From Proteromonas lacertae (Eukaryota), in NCBI GenBank assembly GCA_002245135.1, contig NGBS01000896.1:62001-94524 (forward strand): a stretch of 32,524 nt of DNA, given 5' to 3'. Both the position numbers and the translations under genes were made by a program. Below, in pieces: positions 24,375 through 32,524 of this stretch. The notes beneath the pieces are model-generated. The model worked only from the letters and a program-made list of their open reading frames with translations, was not told where the DNA came from and searched no databases. Each line of letters opens with the position of its first letter. Positions within the stretch are counted from its first letter, which is position 1.

Positions 24375-25547
24375 ATGCCAGCAGACAGAGTCAAACAACC
24401 AACCAATTCAGAATTATGCTCCCAGCTTCCATTAAAGGGACAGGCTTATGAGTTCTATCAGAAAGTGAGTCGTAACATCCAGCATTTAAAGACATTTTGC
24501 GACGAAATGTATATTCAAAGTTTGGCTTATGATGACAGCAAAAAATCAAAGAAGAAGCAAAGTCCACCACAATTCAACTATATCGAATTAGAGAAGTCAG
24601 CTACAGCAGTTTATTATTGCTTTTCATGTAAGTTTGATAATCAGAAGTTAATTCCCATTAAACATCTAGAGACATTAGATCAAAATGAGTATATGAATTT
24701 ATACTTTAGTGACGATGAGATGAAGAGTATAGTAAAACCAGATGTAAAACAGATTAAACCTTTTATTCAACCTCAGTTAAAACAACAACAACAACCACAA
24801 CAAGAACCACCACCACCAACTGTACCTCAAAAACCTAAAAGAGTTTATAAAAGAAGAACTGATACTGTAAAGAAACCTAAAACAAAAGCAGTTATTGATA
24901 GTGATGATGAATTAATTCATTTAAAGAAAAGAAAGATTGTTAAGGATTCTGATTTTGTTGACGAACCAGTGGGTATAATTGTGAAAGATACTGAATCAAG
25001 AACATCTGCTGATGATTTATTAAGTAGCCAAAGTCCTACCTTTACACCTCCAATGTCACCAAGGTCTGATACTACACTTCTTGATGTTACTGATATTGAT
25101 ATACTGGATGCTGAATTGAAATATTTTAATGCTGAAATAACTAAAAAAGATGAAGAAAAACAAAAAGAGATAGAAGAGAAAATTAAGCATCAAGATGCAG
25201 AGAGAAAGAAACAAGAAGATGAAGAAAAAAAGAAAAAACAACAAGAAGAAGAAAGAGTTAGAAAAGTACAAGAAGAAGCAGAGAGAAAGAGAAAACAAGA
25301 AGAAGCAGAAAAGAAAAGAAAAGAAGAATTAGTGGTTATTAGAATGCTTCAAGAAGAAGAGAATATGAGACAACAAGAAGAGTTAAGAAAGAAATGGGTA
25401 TTAGAACAAAAGAGACAAATGGAAGAAAAGATGAAAAAAGAAAACGATGAATTAGAAAAGAAGATGGAAGAAGAGTTTAAGAAGAGAATTGAAGAAGAGA
25501 AAAGAAAGAAAGCTGAAGAGTTTGAGAAGATGATGAAGAACTTATAA
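24375..25547 (+). CDS. Element ORF with Pro/Gln linker and long E/K coiled coil
   Basis: 390-aa intact ORF with QQQQPQQEPPPP, basic KPKRVYKRR and about 130 C-terminal residues rich in E/K/R. Confidence 0.75.
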   Translation: MPADRVKQPTNSELCSQLPLKGQAYEFYQKVSRNIQHLKTFCDEMYIQSLAYDDSKKSKKKQSPPQFNYIELEKSATAVYYCFSCKFDNQKLIPIKHLETLDQNEYMNLYFSDDEMKSIVKPDVKQIKPFIQPQLKQQQQPQQEPPPPTVPQKPKRVYKRRTDTVKKPKTKAVIDSDDELIHLKKRKIVKDSDFVDEPVGIIVKDTESRTSADDLLSSQSPTFTPPMSPRSDTTLLDVTDIDILDAELKYFNAEITKKDEEKQKEIEEKIKHQDAERKKQEDEEKKKKQQEEERVRKVQEEAERKRKQEEAEKKRKEELVVIRMLQEEENMRQQEELRKKWVLEQKRQMEEKMKKENDELEKKMEEEFKKRIEEEKRKKAEEFEKMMKNL

Positions 25548-25685
25548 GTATTAATATATACTTTAAATTTGTCTGGTTTATGCTTTAATCCATATACTTG
25601 AAAAAAGCACTTTGAATTCATTACTTTGATGAAAATTGGTGTTTGTTTTATATGTAAAAAATAACATAAATAAAAAACATAAAAA

Positions 25686-26846
25686 TTATACGAAATCATT
25701 AAATAGCGAATTTTTCTTATATACTCTACCATATCTACTTTTTCTGCCTTCTGGTACTGGTTGAATATCTGGTTCTATAGGTTGTGCTTCATTATTTATA
25801 CTATGAATTTGTCTTAATCTAAACTTACCATTTGTTGTAATACTATTAATAGGTACTCTTTTTATTTCATGAGATTTGAATCTATATGAGCCTATATCTC
25901 TAGGATTGAATTCTCTAGGTATTGTTCCATCCAAGTTCTTAACAGAATATGAAAATGGTCCAACTTTGTGTATTTGGTATACTTTATCAGTATAATAAGT
26001 AGTTTTTTGAAGTTTGTTATCTCTACGTTCTTTTATTCTGACAAAATCATCAGCTTTAAAATGAGTATCACTTTTACGCTTCTTTAAGTTTCTAGCATGG
26101 GATTCTTTATACAATCTATCTTGGACTTCAAAATCATTGAATACTTCATTTGGAGTTAGATTATTGAGTGCAGAATGTGGTTTTGCATTGTAATCATCTA
26201 CAACAGTATATACTATATTACACAATGATTCAATATTGTTAATTTTATCAAATTCTTCATCAGAAAATGTATTAATTTTTCTATAAAACATATCTTTAAT
26301 AGTTCTCACACATCGATCCAATATTTTCATTATATTATGTTCATTACGTTCTTTAAGTATAAATCGTATATGATTTTTGTTAAACAAATCTAAAAATTTC
26401 TTACCATAGATAATACCAGACTCTTCATCTGATAAAATACTTCCTACAAAACGAGCGTTTTCATCCTTAGGTTGCATGCCCTGATAAAACCATTTTTCAA
26501 ACACTGAATATACATCATTTTCTGATTTAGATTTAACATAATATATCCAACACTTACGACTAACAACTTCTATAATTAACAAAAATGGAACTTTTGTATT
26601 GTTGAAAAACACCAAATCTATTTGATATGATCCAGGTAACTTTTCAATTTCATATTTAATTCTATTCCTTTTAGTTGCAGTGATTTGATAATCTGGTTTA
26701 GACTCTACAAGTTCACTACTAGCTTTTTTAATGTCAGATTTTTTAAAGTTATTCTCAAGTTCATTTACAGAGAAATTAATAAAGTCTCGTTTGTTTAAAT
26801 AACCATATGTTTTGTATAACTCATTTATTTTATCTTGTAGTGACAT
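25686..26846 (-). CDS. Maverick/mavirus-type rve integrase
   Basis: Intact 386-aa ORF: YQIDLVFF (D), ILSDEESG (D), ILDRCVRTIK (D at the usual E position), YNAKPHSALNNLTPNEV, and an SH3-like C-terminal FKADDFVRIK...VYQIHKVGPFSYSVKNLDG. Confidence 0.93.
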   Translation of the reverse strand: MSLQDKINELYKTYGYLNKRDFINFSVNELENNFKKSDIKKASSELVESKPDYQITATKRNRIKYEIEKLPGSYQIDLVFFNNTKVPFLLIIEVVSRKCWIYYVKSKSENDVYSVFEKWFYQGMQPKDENARFVGSILSDEESGIIYGKKFLDLFNKNHIRFILKERNEHNIMKILDRCVRTIKDMFYRKINTFSDEEFDKINNIESLCNIVYTVVDDYNAKPHSALNNLTPNEVFNDFEVQDRLYKESHARNLKKRKSDTHFKADDFVRIKERRDNKLQKTTYYTDKVYQIHKVGPFSYSVKNLDGTIPREFNPRDIGSYRFKSHEIKRVPINSITTNGKFRLRQIHSINNEAQPIEPDIQPVPEGRKSRYGRVYKKNSLFNDFV

Positions 26847-26914
26847 TCAAAACAATATATAAAAAATATGAATGATATATATTTAAAGAATTAATGAATT
26901 AAAATATAATTAAA

Positions 26915-27683
26915 TCATTCTTCTACCTCTCCCAAATCCTTATCACTTAAAGCGTTACCAAAGTTAATAGACTTAGCAGCACTAATAAAACCATTACTAA
27001 TTACTTTCTTAGCAGGGAATGGTCTACGAGTACTAATTAAATCACTATCTTCTATCTTAGTTCTCTTAATTCTTGGAGGTGAAACAAATTTGTTTTGATT
27101 AGCTTGTTCTTTCTTAATTTTCTTCTCATTACTTCTTCTAATAGTTGTAGCTAAATCAGGATTTTCATCATAACCAACAATATCACTACAAACTCTATGA
27201 TTAACAAAGTTTTGAGTACCATTACTCTTAATAGAGATTTGATTATCAACAACACTTACAGCAATTTTACTACCAACATCAACATCAGATGGAACTCTAT
27301 AGTTACTATTATCCCATATCATAATAGAATTGAAATTGTGGAAGTATTTAATACCATGTTGAGGTTCTCTACATCCTACACTGATCAAATATCCACGAAT
27401 GATTTTTTCTATAAAGTCATTCTCGTTTCTATCATAAATTTGTTTCAATACATATTTCACTTCATCAGCTGAATATGTTTCAAAATCTCTTCCATTATTA
27501 ATTACAACTTTATGATCCAAATCATGAACAAAAGTAATCAATACATATTGGACTGGTTTTAGTAGGCTTAACTGTAATACTCTCAACAGTTCCTTTAATA
27601 ATCCACTTGTTACATAACTTTGGATTCTTGTAATAATCACTGAATTCTACATCTGTAGCTTCATAGGGTGTTTCGTTACTCAT
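26915..27683 (-). CDS. Element ORF with a possible OB-fold; one frameshift near 27550
   Basis: The ATG 27683 frame reads MSNETPYE...WIIKGTVESITVKPTKTS. A one-base shift at 27550-27551 continues into QYVLITFVHD... of the tracked ORF 26915..27640. Confidence 0.6.
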
Positions 27684-27768
27684 TTTATATAAGGGAGAGA
27701 TGAAAAATAAAAAATGATTAAAAATGTCAAGAAAAATGAAAATGAAAATTTCTTTTTATTTTTAAAGT

Positions 27769-27798
27769 CGACCAATCAAATCATCCGACCAATCAAAT
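27769..27798. promoter_or_regulatory. Tandem CCAAT-box repeat in the divergent promoter of PolB and the OB-like gene
   Basis: CGACCAATCAAAT occurs at 27769-27781 and 27786-27798. The same core occurs reversed (ATTTGATTGG, 23062-23071) upstream of ORF 23156. Confidence 0.55.
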
Positions 27799-27843
27799 TT
27801 CATATTTCCATTTTTGATTTATTTCTCGAATTCTGTCTATATA

Positions 27844-30800
27844 ATGAGCAAACATAAAAAGCTTTTAAAAGCATTTTTTAAGCTTCTAGAACAAACTTTT
27901 AATAAAAATAAACATCATAAGCATAAGCATCGCCATCATCATAAACATAAACATACAGATGAACCACCACACTCTACCTACACCACCAGAAGAAGCTCCA
28001 AAACGAAGATTAGCGCCATTATTTAGTACAGATGCTATTCAAAATAAAAAAAGATATCAATAATGATATACCAATAATCAGTGATACATTCTTTGGTGGA
28101 TTAATGCCTTCTTCCCTACCAAAACCTAACCAAAATCAAAGATTTAATGATAGAATACGTGATGCTAGAGAAGTTGATAAATCATCTCAAGGTGTTACCA
28201 GGAAATGGGTTTTCAATTATAATAATAGAAATTACAGTACACCACAACAATGTTATCATGATTTTGTTAATAATAGTGATATCAAAGATATATTACATGA
28301 ACTAGCTGATACTATGAATATGATCAAATTTTTCTTTATTGTACGTTCAATTTATATACCTGATGAGTCTACTGACAGTGATGATGAAGTTTCTATATTT
28401 AGTCGTAGTAGACTATGTGAAATAACAAAAATGTCTACTGTAGGTGAAATACAAACTATACTGGAGAATATATTTACACAAATATCAGAAGATGATTCAA
28501 ATCATCCTCAAAGTGGTCTTACTTTTGCTAGAGTAAATACTATTGAATTATATGTAACAAAATTTAAAGTGATACGTGGAAGTAGTTTTATTGTTTTACC
28601 TGCTAAACTTCAAGGTCTTAGATGTTTAACAAATGTAATAAATGAAGATAATGAATGCTTTAAGTGGAGTGTACTATGCTCATTTATATTCTAATAATCT
28701 CCAATGTAATAAAGATAAACCTGAAAAATACAAAATGTATGAAAAGAAACATGATTGGAGTATGTTAACATTCCCTGTTGATGCTACAGACAATGAATCT
28801 ATTGATAAGTTTGAAACAAAGAATCGACTAAATGTGAATATATTTTATATTGATATTGCTAAAGATAAAGAAGAAATATTCTTACCCATTCATTTATCTA
28901 AACAAAAGAAATCTAAAAAATATAGTGTTGTAAATCTATTGCTAATAAAAAATGAAGATGGAAATTCACACTATGTGAACAATAAATACCTTACCTGCTC
29001 TATTTAGAAAAATGATAGATAAAAAGAATAATACTAATAATATATTTGTTGTGTCCATATCTGTCTCTTCTATACTTACGATGATGGATCCTTTAATAGT
29101 CACCAAATATATGACTGTCAAGATAAAGAGAATGTATTAAGATTATTCCCTGATAAAGATGATAAAGAAAAATCATACTTAAAATTTAGACATTGGACTC
29201 ACCTCCAAACATTGCCAGTTGTTATGTATTATGATACTGAAACTTATTTTGTACCATATGATAATGAATTGAATTTAAGTAGATATAAATCTATGGAAGA
29301 AATAGATAATAATGATACTAGAATAGAATTATCAAAAACTGAGCAATCTATTATGGCTAGGCATAAGCTTTATTCCTACTGTATCTATGTAGATAGTAAA
29401 ATACCAGATATAAACAGTTTTACTGTGATTAAATATAAACAAAAATGAGGATCATAATATTGAAAATGATTTTGTCTTGGATATATTAAATATATACGAT
29501 CAAATATGCACAGTTTACAATTATAGACTAGCTAATCCTAAACCTTTTGATGGAGATGAAATAGCTAAGGATATACATAATAAAAAGAAAAATGTGACTT
29601 TTGTGGTAAACCATTTAATTCTATTGATCATGTAAAGGTACTTCACCATGATCATTTCACAGGCCATTATATTGCTTCAATTGGTAGTAATGAGAATTTA
29701 AATATTGATATAAAAAAATTAAAAGTACCAATAATAGGTCATCAATGCTATGAAATATGACCAGCATTTCATAGTAAAGGAATTAGCCAAATTTGCTGCA
29801 ATAACTAATAGCCCACTCAATATTATACCTAATACAGATGAAAACTATAAGTGTATACAATACAAGAATTTGGTGTTTATTGACAGTTATTTATTCTTAG
29901 CAGGTTCTTTAGCAAATTTAACTAATGATCTAAAAATTACAGGCAGAATTAAATAATACTAAGAAAGAAAAATTCAAAACAATTTATGAGAATTTTAAAG
30001 AATATAATGGACATTACCTAGATGATGAAAATATTGAAAAATACTTACTTCAAAAGAATTATTTTCCATATGAGCATATGACATCTCTTGAAGCTTTTGA
30101 AGAAAATTTCAAAGATCTTACTATAGATGATTTTAAGTCTAAATTGAATGATAATGAAACTATTAAACCTGAAGAATTTGATTTTGCTATGGAAGTAAAT
30201 CAAATATTTGGATTTGATAATATACGTGAATACAATTTATTTTACTTGAAAATTGATGTTTATATTCTTCAGTCTATATTTAATGATTTTAGAGATAATA
30301 TATTTGATACTTTTCACATAGATCCTTGTTGGTATATTTCATTACCAAGCTTATCACTTGATCTATTCTTGCATGTATCTGATGTGGAACTTAAATTATT
30401 TTGTGAACCTGAATACTATGATTTTATATTGAATGGTTTATACGGTGGATTATCATATATTGGTAAGCGTAAGGAAGATGCTAATAACAAATTTATGAAA
30501 AATTATGATGAAACTTTACCTAGTAAATTCTTATTATATCAAGACTACAATTCTTTATACCCTTCAGTTATGGCTTCTTGTAAAATGCCTTTAGATGACT
30601 TTGAATTTATTGATCCAATTCTATTACATTAGAAAGTATACTTGATTTACCATATTATGAAGAAATGGATCAAGATAGATTAGAGAATAATGATTTTGGT
30701 TATATATTAGAAGTTGATATCGAGTTACCTATAGAGCTACAAGACAAGTTTAAAGAATACCCATTACTACCTGAAAGGAAGAAAATACCTAAAGAATGGT

Positions 30801-31921
30801 TATCTGATATACAAACTGAAAGAGCTGAAAATCTTGGTATTATACATAAAGAAAGAGGTACTTACCATGCTACTGAGAAATTAATAACTGATTTGTATCC
30901 TAAAGAAAAATATATAATACACTACCAAAATTTGAAGTTTGCAGTTGAACATGGGCTATAAAGTGGGTAAAGTGTACAGAATAATGAGATTTACTGAAGG
31001 TCTATATATGGGTAAATATATTAATACTATGGTACAAAAAAGAGTCCAAGCTAAAGAAAACAATCAAAATACTACTGCAGACTATATAAAGAAATTAATG
31101 AATAGTTTATACGGTAAATTTATGGAACGTGTTTGAAAAGAGAAGTAACATTTCTTTAATTACTAATGAAGACCAAATGATTAATGCTGCAAGTGATCCA
31201 TGGTTTAAAGACTTTATCATTATTGAAGGTGATTTAAGAATTGCACATTTTCATAAGAAGCTATATGAAATTAATAAACCTATACAAATTGGAATGGTTA
31301 TCTTAGCACTGTCTAAACTCAAAATGCAAAAATATTGGTATGATGTATTAGATAAAAATATGGATCTGATAAGCTAACACTATGTATGACTGATACTGAT
31401 AGTTTACTTTTCTCAGTTGAAACTAATGATATTTTTGAAGACTTAGAGGATCCTATCTTTAATAATTGGATTGATGGAAGTAATTTGAAAAAATCCCTAT
31501 TTAGAAAATTATAAGTTGGATATACATAGAGCTGTTCATTCAGGAACATTGAATCGATTAAAATTTGAAGAACAGGATAAGAATAATAAACCTATATGTT
31601 ATAACAAAGTTTATAGGATTAAAATCAAAGTGCTATATATACGAAAAGGAGAAAGTGAATGATGATTCTGATAATAATACTAATACTGACAATCGTTGTA
31701 AAGGTATTAATGTGAAAGTTTCTAGAAAAATAACTTATGATATATACAATGATTTTGTTGAAGGTGCTAGTAAAAGTCAAAAATATGAAGTATGTCAAAT
31801 CAAATCAATACATCATAATGTTTATACAACAGTACAAAACAAAACTGGCTTAACCTATTATGATGATAAAAGATATTTTTTTGATAAATACAATACATTA
31901 CCATATGGATATAAAAAATAA
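27844..31921 (+). pseudogene. Protein-primed family B DNA polymerase (Polinton/adintovirus type), fragmented by about 15 frameshifts as assembled
   Basis: Motifs appear in order across frames: RGSSFIVLP..NVINEDNECFKWSVL; HYV; ExoI YYDTET; EndoVII-like CDFCGK..HHDHFTG; ExoII HNAMKYD; FIDSYLFL; KNYFPYE; ExoIII YLKIDV; YGGLS; motif A DYNSLYP (30543); motif B KKLMNSLYGK (~31089); motif C MTDTDS (31386); FIGLKSKCY; CKGI; DDKRY..TLPYGY. The start at ATG 27844 is inferred. Confidence 0.92.
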
Positions 31922-32003
31922 TAATTAAAACAATTAATATTGTTAATATTCTTCTTCTACAAATTGGGATTAATTAAATTAATAAAATCATCTATTTCTT
32001 CAT

Positions 32004-32524
32004 CTACTTTCTATGATAAGACTTCTTTTTAACTTTACGATTTGCTAATTTAACATCATCTTCATTTGTAAATTTAAATGAATCAGGATGTCTAAATGTA
32101 TTTTGATGTAACTGTTGTAATGCAGCATTATAAGTAACATCATTAGCATTAACTTTTCGTTTATTAAATTCTTCTAATGCATTTTCAGTTACTTCTTGTT
32201 CTTCTTTCTTCTTACTTATATAATACTCTTCAGGCATTGTAGGTAATGGATCTTTTCTTTCTATTCTCACTTTTTTCTCATTATCTAATAACTTATCTAG
32301 AAAATCTTTATTTTGTTTAATTTTCTTGTCATATGTTTTCTTTTAACTATATAATCATGATCAGGATCTTGATCAAGTATTTGTGCGCTTTCATTCAAAG
32401 TAAGAGTTTCAGGATTGATAAGTCTATTTCGTTCAAGTTGATTGTATACTTCGTCTATATTTATTCTCTCATCATTATCATATGGATTGTCATCTGTAAC
32501 ATCTTCCTCTTCATCATCATCAAA
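32004..32524 (-). CDS. 3' part of an acidic/charged element ORF convergent on PolB; one frameshift
   Basis: The frame from the right edge reads FDDDEEEDVTDDNPY...DHDYIVK. A missing base in the A-run at 32341-32344 would join it to KKTYDKK...VRIERKDP in the tracked 88-aa ORF. Confidence 0.6.

Larger units (their letters stand above)
22427..32524. mobile_element. Polinton/Maverick-like endogenous DNA virus (left part; right end lies outside the window)
   Basis: An rve integrase and a protein-primed PolB occur together among dense intronless orphan ORFs. There is an abrupt switch from intron-rich host genes at a structured, GC-richer terminus. The left boundary is approximate, since the second TIR and the TSD cannot be seen. 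Confidence 0.88.

Noticed and set aside
5746..25647. Blastocystis-style stop codons created by polyadenylation (TGTTTGTT signal)
   Set aside because: Every complete gene here has a genomic stop codon. TGTTTGTT at 25640-25647 and similar TG-rich tracts after other genes may be 3' signals, but no gene needs the mechanism.
25100..25732. Minus-strand Phe/Leu/Ser-rich ORFs (25056..25298, 25349..25732) that look like membrane proteins
   Set aside because: They are antisense shadows of the GAA/AAA-rich coiled-coil gene. The same applies to 4733..4978 and 14343..14573.
28032..31921. Micro-introns or programmed frameshifting as the cause of PolB fragmentation
   Set aside because: The junctions need one-base shifts with continuous homology, show no GTAT..TAG intervals, go in both directions and share no slippery motif.
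1..32524. Alternative genetic code or stop read-through to join the ORF fragments
   Set aside because: Host fragments join by ordinary introns and element fragments join by frame change. Long ORFs use the standard code.

Overview
Very AT-rich eukaryotic DNA, not prokaryotic. Tiny GTAT...TAG introns, stramenopile mastigoneme-type EGF genes and compact gene spacing point to a Blastocystis-like stramenopile; this host call is inference. Positions 1-22.4 kb hold host genes, rebuilt here by hand-splicing: a partial unknown ORF, a 7TM-RGS fusion, APC11, a BTB/BACK-Ig-SPRY protein, a ~9.4 kb EPG5-like autophagy gene, two mastigoneme-like EGF proteins flanking a tubby-like gene, and the 5' half of a glutathione S-transferase. 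At ~22427 the GST intron is interrupted by an intronless Polinton/Maverick-like endogenous virus that runs off the right edge. It has a nested inverted-repeat terminus, several orphan ORFs, an intact rve integrase with a D-D-D triad, a cryptic OB-fold-like gene and a protein-primed family B DNA polymerase. The polymerase is split by about 15 frameshifts yet keeps all catalytic motifs. No capsid, packaging ATPase or protease gene is visible inside the window. All family assignments come from motif recognition; no database search was run.
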